From: Lingula anatina
Lineage: Eukaryota; Animalia; Brachiopoda
Length of the DNA: 64,000 bases
NCBI GenBank assembly: GCA_051362555.1
Contig: CM120640.1
Span: forward strand, 47,284,788 to 47,348,787
Direction of reading: 5' to 3'
This document shows, one piece after another, positions 25,101 to 37,014 of the stretch. Under the pieces are notes generated by a model, which saw only the letters and a program-made list of their open reading frames with translations, was not told where the DNA came from and searched no databases. A program made the position numbers and the translations under genes. Within the stretch, counting starts at the first letter, position 1; every line of letters starts with the position of its first letter.

Positions 25101-28100
25101 TCACAGAACAAGACTGGAGTGAGGTGTCCAGCATGTCCTCTTTCTCATTCAATGAAGACATTGATAATGATTCTACCTACAACAGACTTGTGAACAAGAC
25201 CTCATTTAGTTCATCCTTGTACCCATCCTGGTGCTCTGTCACCCCAGTTCCTAGTGACGATGAGTCCATGGGACACGGAGACAGTCCTGACATAAGCATG
25301 GCACACACACAGCCAGATTTTCGACCTTTCAATTCAGTTTCTGTTAATGCTAATGGAGGTGTTTCTGCTAGTGCTGGTATTAAGGAGAAATACAGTGTAG
25401 TTACTGAGCCAGAGAGCAGCGTCCATGTACTTCAGCGTGTCCCAGCAACACCAGACACAAGCTGTGACAGCCTGGATGTCACTGTGCTCCCAAACACCAC
25501 AAGTGGGACTACACCTGCCACAACAGCACCACCTGTGGCTAAAACAGCACCGCTCTCTGTCACCACAGCACCATCACCAGTGTGGGAAAGAAGATTTCCA
25601 GAACCAGAGAAACCCAGCATCCAGGGCATACTGAAACAGACAAAGACCACAGCTACAGCACCAACAACCAGCACTAGCAATGCTGAACAGCCTCCAAAGC
25701 CTATGAAAGTCATCAACTTTGCTCCTGGAACCAGCATTTATGAAGCCGAGATTCAAATTACGCCCAACAAAAATAAGGCCCCTCCAAGGCCACCAAAGAC
25801 ATTTTTGAAACAAGGGAGCACCTTTGATGATGATTCAGACAGGACCAAGAAGCCCTTGCCTCCCTTACCTCAAGAGGGAAACAGAAACAGTAATATAAAT
25901 TGTCTTCCATGGCCTTTAGAGCTTCCATATCAAGAGTCACCAGCAGGAAGTGCTACAGTGATTGAGAATCACCATGTTTATAACTCTTTTGAGAAACAGG
26001 TTGTTGTCAGTCCTGATCAGACCCCTACAGGTTCACCAGTTAAGATTCGTACCACAAGTAATGGTTCCTATTCCACAATAGTATCACCAGATAGAACACC
26101 CACAGCTTCACCAGTGCAGCAATATCAGGATTCCTTTGAAAGCCCAGATTCTGTAGTCTCAGCAAGACAAGTGCCTAGTCCATCAGCAAATTATGTGGTG
26201 ATGTCACCAACTGTTGTTTCATCCAATCGAAGCTCAACATATTCATCCACTGGGTCATTGTCAAGGTATTCATATACCAGTAATGCTAGCTCCCACTCCA
26301 GTGGCTTGTTCAGTGGATCCATGAGTCCTTTAAGCACACCCAGTAATAGTAACCCAAGCACCCCATATGGAACTCTAACAAGAGAGGGGCGTCCTGCCAG
26401 TGGACTGAGTTCTTACAGCATGTCCCCAGCTACTACACCCACGGGGAGTGGTCAGGTCACTCCAACTGGTTCTCTTGACCGAAGGATCATTGCGCAAAGG
26501 GGTTCCACTGGCCGGCTGGTCAGCCCAGGGGTGTCAGCTGGAAGACTGGTTTCCCCAGGAGGTTCCTCTGGGTCTCTCACCAGGTCAAATTCTACAGGTT
26601 CACGGACAAGTGCCTATGGGACTGCTTCTACAGGGAGATCACCAGGTGACACACCCACCACTTCTGTCACCCCTGGGGAAGAAGTCCCACCCCCTCTGCC
26701 GCCAAAGTACATGCCTACAATTGTAGTGAAGCCAAGAGTGAGAGGAGATGGAAATGGAGCATCCAGTAGAACAGGATCTAGATCAAGTTGGGAAGGGTAT
26801 GGATATGAGTATGTTGGTACAGGCAGCACCCCTACTAATTCTTTAGACAGAAAACAAGCCAGGGTAAGCCTGATCCAGGCCCCTAGTAACAATGCAGGAC
26901 AGGTGGCTGAAAGTGGCAACATGCAAAGAAACTCCAACTATGCAACTCTGCCCACTTCTTCAACTGCCATCAGGGAGCCTATATATGCCAACTTTACTGG
27001 TGCACAATCAAGCAGTAGAACTTCCCCAAGCACTGCAGCCCCTTCCTCTATTAAACTGATCAGGGAACCAATCTATGCAAACATCAGGCGCGCACAGCAA
27101 CCTGTTGGTGTGCATGCTATTGTAGCTAGTGGGGTTGTTCCTGTTAAGTCCATTAACACAACTGCAGTCAGGCGAAGCAACCCTGATTATGAATATATGA
27201 GTGGCACTGAGAGTTGGCCAAGGATGTCTCCCAAAGTGACAGACAATCCTGGTCAATCACAGAGGATTTCCTCTCATAATGGTCCTCAAAATCAGATAAC
27301 AGCCAGTAAAGACAATCTTGGACAAAACTTTCCACATGCACCTGGTCAAATTTTACCAAATAACACTAGGAATTTACATGTTTCTCCAAAGGAGCCACAA
27401 AACCAGAGAGTATCCAGTGCATCTCAGAACAGAGCTAGGGCCAGTTTCCATGGAGAGTCTTCCACATTCCCACGCGAAGAAAATAAAGCACAGAGACCAG
27501 TTAGTCTTGTTATGCCGGGGCGGTCAAAACCAGCGCCACCTATGAGAAGTGTCTCCAGTCCATCTGGCAGCAATAAACCAGCTTTCCCTGTGAGAACAAC
27601 CCCTAGTCCATCCCAACATTATAGTAGACCCCCTCCACCAATGAGGGCAACCCCTAGCCCATCTGGGTCTTCAAATCAGAGTCAACAAAATACCAGGTCA
27701 TCTTCTGTGCCAAGTACTCCCCAGTATGAACAGCAAGACTCAAAGTCTGTGGAAAGCTTTAAGCAGTTGTTGTCTCAGCAGCTACAGAGATGTAGTCACA
27801 TTTCTGCTGCCCAGGCTCTTCATGTTCATCAAGAAGACATGTCTGATGGAGAATCCAGTGTCAGCAGTCATGTTTCTACTAATTCTTCACAAAGGCACAT
27901 GGTGTCCATCAAGGAGATTAGGCAGGCAGTAGGGAAGCCAGCTCAACTTAATGGCCCAGGACATGTAACTCAAATGTCCCCACAGCAACCATCACAGCAG
28001 AATGCCAATAATATAGGAAGACCTGACTCAGTCAATGGCCCTACCACTATCCACAATTCACAGTATGGTGCATGGCAAAATACCAGTCATGTAGGAAGGC

Positions 28101-28948
28101 CAGCTCAACTAAATGGTCCTACCTCTACTTCTGTGCAGTATCAATCACAGAATGGACCACAGCAAAATGTTATGCTCAATAGATCTGTGAGCCAACAAGA
28201 TAGCAGACTGCAAGGTGCAGCTCCTGCACACCCTAGTCATTATGGAAGTGTGGACAGAAAATCTGCGGGGTTTGTAAAGGATTCATCACAAGTAATTGTA
28301 AGGCCGCAGTCAAATTATTCTTCTGCTACTTTGCCAGCATCCATACCAACACATGCCACACAAGTTTCTGGCAATCAACGTCCTGTACAAAATCATCTGA
28401 CACATGTCTCCAAAGATCATGGTCAAATGCAAATTCATTTCCAAGGTCAAGGCTATGTTCAGAATCAGGTGACACATCCAACCCAAGGTCAAGGTGATGC
28501 TCATAACCATGTGAAGCAAGCACCCCCGAGTCCAAGGAGGAATCAGATAAGTTATGTTCAGCCTACAGAACAAAACTCTCCTCCTACTATAATATCAAAT
28601 CAGCTGCAAAAACAGCAACCCAAAGTGTCACCAAAGGAAAAGCTACACTATCCCGATGTCATCCAGTCACACACGGCCCAGAAAACCAGCAGTGCTGGGG
28701 TACCCTTGAGGGGGGCTGCAAAACTTATGGCCAAACAGAGTGGGCAGTTGGTGCAGATGAGGAGACAAACCTGGGCAAAGAGCAGTGAGAGACTTCCCAT
28801 GGAAACCCGCAGTGAATTCCGCAAATCGTCTGGCTCTCTGAATGAACTGGCTGTATTGTCTCTTATTGATGACATTAACTTGAAAATTGGAACAGATGGG
28901 ATTGAGGTTGCACAAGATGAGAGAGGAGTGATACACACTTGTGTATGA
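1112..28948 (+). CDS. NHS: Nance-Horan syndrome (NHS/NHSL/GUK-holder) family actin-regulatory scaffold with N-terminal WAVE-homology domain; 5 coding exons, about 2337 aa
   Basis: Exons 1112-1382, 19980-20251, 20827-21871, 23237-23375 and 23662-28948 are all GT-AG with matching phases (7014 nt). N-terminus MPFIKRAVDPVYLSR...VSNWTLSQALRQLGSLVKHANDIF is WAVE-homology-like. Family motifs LPTPEE, SSSGNWS (across the exon 3/4 junction) and DGFYTSFHTDCG are present, followed by a long S/P/Q-rich tail. The exact vertebrate paralog cannot be assigned. Confidence 0.85.
6954..7125. repeat. Direct tandem duplication, period 98 bp, about 1.7 copies
   Basis: AAAGTTTGCACTACTTTYATA.CATGTTATGTTTTTGTA starts at 6954 and again at 7052. 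Confidence 0.75.
13052..13765. mobile_element. Helentron-associated non-autonomous element (HINE/pearl-like) with internal tandem core repeats
   Basis: T-run, then the palindrome ATGTACAGACA-CAGA-TGTGTCTGTACAT, then a GTC/GCC microsatellite, then an array of 161-bp repeats. This modular layout is typical of HINE/DINE-1/pearl-type elements. Confidence 0.65.
13137..13760. repeat. Satellite-like tandem array, 161-bp unit, about 4 copies
   Basis: Unit starts CYGATARCAC at 13137, 13298, 13459 and 13620. The first three copies are highly similar and the fourth is degenerate. Confidence 0.9.
14155..15350. repeat. Diverged tandem array, period about 330-340 bp
   Basis: Motif GGCATTTyCAA...GTGACTT.GAA...CATGGGCCTGAAG recurs near 14160, 14498, 14829 and 15152, with partial copies near 15310 and 16050. 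Confidence 0.7.
15638..15875. mobile_element. Short HINE-like (Helentron-derived) element inserted in NHS intron 1
   Basis: Subterminal inverted repeats CTCTGCCAAGG (15650-15660) and CCTTGGCAGAG (15836-15846), a 3' hairpin GCACT-ctcaa-AGTGC (15851-15865), an end in TTCTAGTT and an internal TGTTTGTCTGTC microsatellite remnant. Confidence 0.7.
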
Positions 28949-29945
28949 AGTTCCTAAATAATGTTTAAAAGTTAGTTTTTTAATGGCATTTGTCTCCCCA
29001 GCAATTTGACAGAAAAAAAATGTCGCTGGTGTCATATTAAAAAAAATTATGCAGTGTTTTGCCTAAGATGGACACCATTTTGTCTCATTCATAACCTTGA
29101 AAATTTGATCCAAGCACACATGTACTTCACATATCAATTTTAAGTTATTTTGAAGTTATTTTATTACTCTTAGCCAAAAGTAGTTACTATGTGAATTAAT
29201 ATTTTAAGAGATTTCAGAGTCATTGTCAGTATTTCATTTACAGTAGTGTTATACATTTTATAGGTAAAATTTGTATAAAATGGTTGCAAGCTGTTAGAGT
29301 GCAATAGAGCTAGGTTTTTTTTAAAACAAATGGTGATTTGCAAAGTGCTTGTTAGACAAGACCAGTTGAAATTTTCAACAGACTCATGCTTAAAATTTTA
29401 ATTTTACCTGTATTTTATCTGAGAAAATATTTCCAATGGAAATATATAATTTAACTACTGATCATACTTTTAAGTGTTGATATTTGCTTTATCATGCTTT
29501 GTTTAGCATTTTCATTTGTTTATTTACCTGTATAACAACACATGGATAAGGAATTAAATTACCTTTCATTTTTTATTTGTAAATATTTTATGTTTGTACT
29601 ATATATGTAAACATATCTCTACCACTCTTTAACTGATCTCACTTTTGTGTCACCAAAGGTTAAACTGTAAGACATTTATAATTAGACAAATTAATATTAT
29701 TATAAAATCAGTGTGAATAACAATTTACAAGATTTTAGTGGTTAGCTGTTTTTATCTCAAGATAAAAATGACCTTGTATACATGTACAGGTAGTGTTTAT
29801 ATACCATGGTTGTTTGTTCATTTAGGCATGCCACTCTAGTGCCTTGAACTGCTGGACTTCATACAATAGTTTTCTGTATATACAAAGCCTTAATAAGGTA
29901 GTTGTTACTGAATGCTGATACTGTACATTACCACTGATCACAAAC

Positions 29946-29951
29946 AATAAA
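29946..29951 (+). promoter_or_regulatory. Candidate polyadenylation signal of the NHS-like gene
   Basis: AATAAA about 1 kb after the stop codon, followed by a GT-rich tract (TTATGTTGTT). The hexamer is common in AT-rich DNA. Confidence 0.35.
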
Positions 29952-32111
29952 GAAAAATACTGTCACACATATTATCTTATGTTGTTCAGTATTTACATAG
30001 ACTTTCTTTAGAATGGTAATAACGTTGGTAAAAACATTTACCACCAACATGAAGTTTATAAAAATTCTTATCAATTTAGTACCAGTCAAAGTCAAAAATT
30101 TTATTTTTTTTCTTTCAAGGGAAATTAACTAACTGTAGTCATTTTTAATTTAGATAATTTGAAAACTGTCTCTTTTGCATTTTACTTCAGAATCCTAGCC
30201 AATTGCTTTTCTTGAAGGGACCTTTCTTACATATTTATAGAGAATAAAATTGCTACAATTAGTTTCATTAGCACAATGCAAAGTAAAAAGACAAAGAAAG
30301 TACAACCCTCAAGTGAGTGCTAGCAAAGTGTAGTATATTTCTGAATTTGGAACTTTAAAATTATGGTAAAAAAATTTGCATTTTGAGCAGTTCCCATATT
30401 AGGAACATATTCCTAGTCAAGCAAAGTTCCTAAACCATGAAACTGATAACCTACAAGTCAAGTAAAAGATCACTTCACCTTGATCTTTCCACAGTACATT
30501 GAAACAACTCTCCGTCATTTAGAAAACTGCTGGAAATGAATTTGAACTATGCAACGTAAGAAAAAATTCTAAAACATATTCATTTTTATTCAAATTATAA
30601 AAGTTACTGTAGCTTTAAAAGTGCTTCTATTACAAGGAATAATTGCCACCATTATGGTCCCCATATTTTCACAATATCCCATTAACATGGTTGCACAAAT
30701 TAGGTCAAACAATATTAACCTTAAATGTCTGACTGGGATCCAGTTCCAATACTTTCATGCAATTTAGATAAGTTTACTAAAGATAGAACCTTTGAAGAGG
30801 GTAGAGCAAACATATGCTGGTCCACTATCTTCCATTTAAAAATTGTTTTAAGTATCCCTGTGAGAAGGTAAGATACATGACTCTGTTTCACACAGTTAAT
30901 ATACTTAAGTAATTTAGACTGCCAGGTAGTCCAAGTTCCAGCTTGTTGGTATTTTTTTAAAATTAAAAACAATTCACACATGCCTGCTATTTGGATAATG
31001 CTCAGTATGCTGCCAGGATGAGTAGCCTAATATTAATCGTCTTTCAAAATACTCCAGAAATAATGTTGGGTCTACTTTTACTATGAACATTTGGAATGTC
31101 TTCAACCTGACTTAAATACACCTGGCATTTGTGAAATATTTGAAATGTTACACTTGCTTTGTTCTTTCAACTTCATATGTAAAATAATCTTCATTTTGAA
31201 AAGGCAATTAAGAACCATATATATACAACATTCAAGATTAATGTCTTCATTCTGCCACCTCTATGACACCAAAGTTTAACATAACTTACTTTAAATGTAC
31301 ATACACCATTTTAAGCATTCTGGTCATAACAATAATTTCCTAAAACTATTACAATGTTCCAACAGCTGACATGATTGTTCATATCCACATTTGTACATAA
31401 AAAGAATGCTAGAAACAACACTGCGGTGAAAAAATTCCACTCAGCCATCAAGTCAGTACTGTTGTTTTCAAGTTTTACACAGTGGGAGCCTCATGCTCCA
31501 CAACTGCTAAATCTAGACTAGAAGGCTGATAATGACAGGCAGTCGGGCTTTATGTTACATGGTAAACAGAATCTTTTTAAATGAGTAAGAAATGAGAAAT
31601 GTTAATGTTTGAAAAATGCTTAAAATGCCATTTGATTGGCAGAAGGCAGTTTCCACACTCAAAGGTTATAAATGTCACATTAACAGCTCAACAGACTGAT
31701 TAGTTAATAATTAAAAAGCAATGAAATTATAACACTTACTGTGGTAACACACACATGGCATTGCTTACTTATTACAAATTATTTTACAAAATGCACGTCA
31801 GTCAGCAGAGAAGTACCACTTTTCAATCATATAATTTTCTATTCAACTCACTTTGTATAATTAGTCATGAACTTCTTTTCCTGTGAGAAAAACACTCACA
31901 ATTGACTTGTAATAATTTCATCTATATATTCATGCCGTTGACCCAAGGTTCATCAGCCAAACTGTAGCAGAGAGAGTTTGTACTCAAGAAAATCTGTTGA
32001 ATTATTTTTTCTTTCATGTGAACTTAGCCAAAACAGTGTCACATATTGCAATTCCCACTTTGGCTTTTCCATGATTACAAATTTATTATAAAAATTTCAG
32101 GATTACAAAAA

Positions 32112-35100
32112 CTAAGTTGCAAACAATGTCCACATTGCAATCACAATGTTAGCTGTCAATAACAGAGTCCCAAACAAAATTATCACAGAGTAGATTAGCC
32201 CACGTATGTCACTATCTGGTATGGTAGACCTCAGTGTGTACTCAATAAATGCCAGTAATATCCACTGTCCATCTAACGCATAACATGGAACCACATTCAA
32301 TATTGCTAGAGCCCCGGATAATGATATTAAATATCTGGGTTATAGTAAAGGCAAAAACTATAAGTTGATAATAAATCATCAATGCATGAGTAAATACAAA
32401 TTTGGGGAATAAATGTAGAGCAATATACTAATGAACAATACAAAAACATTTACTGTGATTGTAAAACAGATTGAAACCATGATGCTTTATGATCTGGTGA
32501 AATATAATATTCGCAAGAGCTTCATAATGATAATATCTGTAGCAAAGGATACTGACAAAAGGTTTCAATCACATATGGCATGTTCAATGGTATGAAGACC
32601 CCCACAGGAACATAGTTGCTGATATGAACTGAAATGAATAAGTTTAAAAACACTGTAATTTTTATAATATGGTAAATAAAGCAAGTATTTACAGAGTATG
32701 CAGATATGCTCCAGGTTTCATCACTTTAGATCACATTTGAGGTGATACAATATGTATTTAAGAAAACTGGACTAAAGCAAACAATAATAAATCCAAACAG
32801 TCCATTCCACAACATTTTTACCTCTTCCACAAGTTACCTTCCAGGATTTTTTCACTTCTGTTCCTACCATTTTAGTTTAAAAGACTTCCAAGTTATAGAA
32901 GTTTACAACTGATTTCTATTTTCATAAATGAAGATGGGAAAAATTACGAATAGGAAAAGACTTGATTTAAAATACTTTGGAAAGGCCCTCTACAAGAATT
33001 CCCAATCCACCAACCTGAATAATGCAAGTCCAGTGGATGACCCAGAAAAAGCAAAGGTGCCTTTCCATATCTGTACACTTTGAGGAATGTGGTGCTGTTA
33101 TCCAGTGAGGGGTAGACACATGCTGTCTCGACTTTGGGGTTTCTGCAGTCACTCTGCAGTCTGCAAGGAGGACGATCAGATGTACTGCGTGCAGGCAGGC
33201 AGGCATGTTTTAACTGAAATATTAAGTACCATGAATTTTTATGCCTTTACCATATCATGATTTAAATATAAAAAAGGCATTCATGCAAAATATTTAGCAT
33301 GTACAGAAGCTGGTTGGTAATACAAAATCAGAAACCCATTTGATTCATAATTCTTTGAGCATAAAAAAGACTTTTTTTAACCAAGGACATTTTAGAACTG
33401 AACAAAATGCACAGGACAAAAGACATCATTGTACAGGATATTACACCTCTCACCTGGATAATGTTAAACAGTATATTATAAAATATTACCTTATTGGGAC
33501 TAGCTTTGGTATGATACAAGAAACAAAGGTGAGTGCTGCTTGTACTGTTACAGCACTCTATATTTCCCATGACAGTCACATAATCTGTAACAGTAAAAAG
33601 AATAGAATATTGGGTACAAATCATACTAATGTAGTATTTTTTTAATGAAATCTTTACTGTGTATTCTTAAATTAATAAGCTCAAAGAGATCTTGCCCCCA
33701 AAAAAGGCAACATGTTTCATACTTTGAACTTGATGTTCATAAATTAACTGGAAATGTTCCAATAATGATGCATAACTTACATTAAAGATCAAAGATTTCT
33801 GAAATAAAATGTGTGGTCCTAATAAACAAATATCAGTCGTGAGCCCATAGATATTTGGTACTCATAAGTACTGTTTAGGAATTAAGATACCAACTTTGGT
33901 TATATGACACATCCTGTACTCCAATCTCTCCTACTGGCATACAGTAGCCACTGGATGGGTCCTTCATACTCTGCCCAATACACTGCATCCAGTCCTCCAC
34001 ATTGGTCACTCTACAGTGATTTATACTGGTTACATGGTCTCCAGTGACCAGTCCCCTTGGACCTGACACTGCTGACCCCTTCAATAAAAATGATTTTAAA
34101 AAATCATTTATGTTATCTAAACCAGGTATACAGTCATCTGAAGTGTTTAGTAATTCATTTATTTATTTAATGATTTAAAGTGCCATATGAAGAGGCGTCA
34201 AATGAAAAGCTTATTGTGGCATAAAAATATTCATTTGATACAGGTTAAACTAATGACAGAGAACATATTTCACAGGTACTTATAAAGACTAAAAACAAAA
34301 CCTAAATTAACACACAGCTAACAGCAATTCATATCTGTCCTTAGTCAAATCCTTACCTGTAATACATATGTTATAGCAACTCCAGTACCAGAGGAGTAAA
34401 ACAACATCAGCATCCAGGGTAAAAGGAACCATACTAGCAGTGCAACAATAACAATAATGAAGTTGTGCCATACTCCGGCACAGTATATTCTGAGCTGTCT
34501 GATTGGTGAGATCACTTGTAAATGTTCTGTATACAGATCTACAAATGCACCTGGGTATACAGCCAGTATGAATATCCCAAATCCATTTACTCTCACTTGC
34601 TCCCTTGAAAAGAACAGCAGCAAGTTAAGAACAGACATAATAAGGCATTAGCTTTCTTTCTTTCTTTATTATTGTTATTTTACTAATTGTTTGTCAGTTG
34701 TTAATTCGATGCTATTTGTTTTAGAACACAATAAGGATGCAGCTTCCAGGTAATGTTTTATACCTTTACATTTTGTTGCTTACATATGTGGTTATATATA
34801 TTAAGTACTACAATAATAAAATGACCATCATGTTAAAAACATGAATTAGGAACAAAGATGTCAACTTACAGAAATTGTTAACATTTATAGTAATTAAAAC
34901 GAAAATGCCACTTAATTCTCTAGAAAGTAGAATTGCTTACATATTTATCTTACAAATAAATGGTTAAACTGAATAATAAATAAACACAGCGGGCACACCA
35001 AGAGACAAATACTCTACCTGACTGCAGCCACTGCATGACCTACTTCATGTAAAATTCCACATACAAGAAGAGTCAGCAGATAGTAGAAGATTTGGTTCAT

Positions 35101-36621
35101 AGGAAGATTCACACCAGGCATCTATTAACACATGATATCAACTAGTTAGGAAGCAAAATTCAAATAAATATAAACAATTTATAATAGAGAAAATGAATAA
35201 GCTCTATAAACCAAGCTTTTCCTTTCTTGATGGTTAGCTTTTGATTTTTTTTTATTTTTTAGATAATGATTCTTTACATCAGGGTTTTGATCTTATATAC
35301 ACTCAATAACTGCTTTCATCAAGAGAGATAAAGCTTTGATAAGTACTACACAAAAACATACATCTGTACAAAAAAGGTTACAAATTCTGTTTTGCACCTT
35401 TCTGCAGCAACTGCATGCCCCAATTCATGGAACAGAGCACACAGAAGTAAAGTGAGTAAGTAATACAGCATTTGACTTAATGGGATATTCATTCCTAACA
35501 TCTGAAAATCAAATGTCATGCACACAAAGTTATTCAAAACCAAATAAATCTGCAACACTGAACGAGTTAATACATTTCCATTATATTTTATCACAAAGGT
35601 TAAATAAAATTAAGCATATGGTTTGTCTTTATTGCACAATTGTACCATTTTCCTATATACATAAATATATTTTAATAATAATAATAACTGGCTTTTCATA
35701 ATCAAGTATGAAACATTACATTCAAAAACATTTCAAATGCTTCATCTTATAAAATACAACTGAAAGCATTATCTTTGTTTTCTTTACTTCAACCTACCAC
35801 AGGAGTTAACACTTGTTGCTCTATGTGTTGTCTTGTTAGGGTATTGTATACCATGAGTGTCAACAGGCATACAGACAGCAACATGGCGACCATTCCAAAG
35901 ACAACTCCTGCAGTAAACCAAGTCCGAAGATATCTTGGTTTCCACTGCCCCATCCTTAGAAACACTCGGTTCAGACATTTTGTATACCATCTTATTTGTC
36001 CAACTGATAATGAGATTCCTGTCCTCTCTAAAAACTCAATGTATGGTCTAGCTGTTGACTTGTTTGACTAGAAAAAATAATACAAATTATCAAAACAAAC
36101 CAAAAAAAGACCACAGTTCACAGTTTAAGCTAATTAACCAATGTATGATGTGGTATAAATCACTTCTAAAGTCTATTTTATCTATTTAAGAAAATACATT
36201 GATGTAATGTTTTTATGAAAATAAAGTATACCTGTTATAGGCCTATAATAAACTGCCTGATATAACTGAGTGATACATGCATTTGGGTATCATTCACAAG
36301 GAACTGGCATAAAATCATTAATAAAAGAATAGGCATGGCTGCATGCAATACAAAGTACTATGTATTTTTTCATAATTCATAACCAGGGAATGTTGCACAA
36401 TCTGGGGAAAAAATGAAGTTTTTACTTTTACATTTTAGACAGTCCCTTTTACTGGTAGGTACTCTAGTTTGTAATCAAGACATGCACTGCACCTCTGCCT
36501 CACACCAAAATATACATTAACAATAATTTAACTATTCATTTGTAGTTACCTTTAAGAATGCATCAAGAAGATAAACAGATGACCAGGTCCCCAGGATCAC
36601 TGCAATCCCAGCAGGTTGCAT
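32112..36621 (-). CDS. MBTPS2: Membrane-bound transcription factor site-2 protease (S2P, peptidase M50), about 489 aa
   Basis: Exons 36621-36550, 36067-35798, [35501-35398 or 35121-35018], 34603-34357, 34078-33895, 33584-33490, 33213-33015, 32628-32553 and 32334-32112 (1470 nt). Motifs HExGH, YPGAFV, CAGVWHN, a Cys-rich lumenal region and [10 protein letters not shown]. Confidence 0.95.
32335..32552 (-). other. U12-type (minor spliceosome) GT-AG intron, last intron of MBTPS2
   Basis: 5' splice site GTATCCTTT, branch-site-like TGCCTTTAC about 10 nt before the AG, and no polypyrimidine tract. Confidence 0.8.
35018..35121 (-). CDS. MBTPS2: MBTPS2 exon 3b (canonical-looking HExxH exon)
   Basis: ttaatag|[35 protein letters not shown]|gtagag, 104 nt, phase 0 to 2. 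Confidence 0.9.
35398..35501 (-). CDS. MBTPS2: MBTPS2 alternative exon 3a (divergent copy of the HExxH exon)
   Basis: tttcag|[35 protein letters not shown]|gtgcaa, 104 nt, phase 0 to 2. Confidence 0.75.
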
Positions 36622-37014
36622 TATTTCTTTGAAATAAAAGTGGTTGTCCCGTTCTCGGGTGAGTCATTGCTTACTTCCAACTTCAAGATATCATGTTTTT
36701 ATTTCTGCAACAAAGGATTGACGTTCAAATACAATCAAATACACATATCACGATTGATCTCTTTCGGTTTTTGCGGCTTCTGAATTTCAAGATAACATTG
36801 TGGTTATATTCATACTTGCCTGACTGCGAAAAGGGTGGTTAAAATCTGACAAAAATCTGTGTAGTCTTAATGTTTTTCTTTCACGAACCACATGTTGAAA
36901 GCGAGCAAATTTAGTAGGTCATTACTAGCAACGGACAAGCGTGAAGTTGAGCTTTTTATTGGACAAGTTAACAGGAAACTCAAAGGACTGTGGGTAACCT
37001 TGCATCAGAACACC
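36622..37014. promoter_or_regulatory. Compact divergent (bidirectional) promoter and 5' UTR region shared by MBTPS2 and EIF2S3
   Basis: The two start codons face away from each other and are 393 bp apart. The interval is richer in CpG than the flanking introns. Confidence 0.65.

Noticed and set aside
24445-29035. Antisense and alternate-frame ORFs over the large NHS exon (also over exon 3)
   Set aside because: Shadows of the sense coding sequence with no independent motifs.
36627-36815. 5' UTR intron of MBTPS2
   Set aside because: Several plausible donors (about 36815 and 36674) and acceptors (about 36704 and 36627) exist, and none can be chosen without cDNA.
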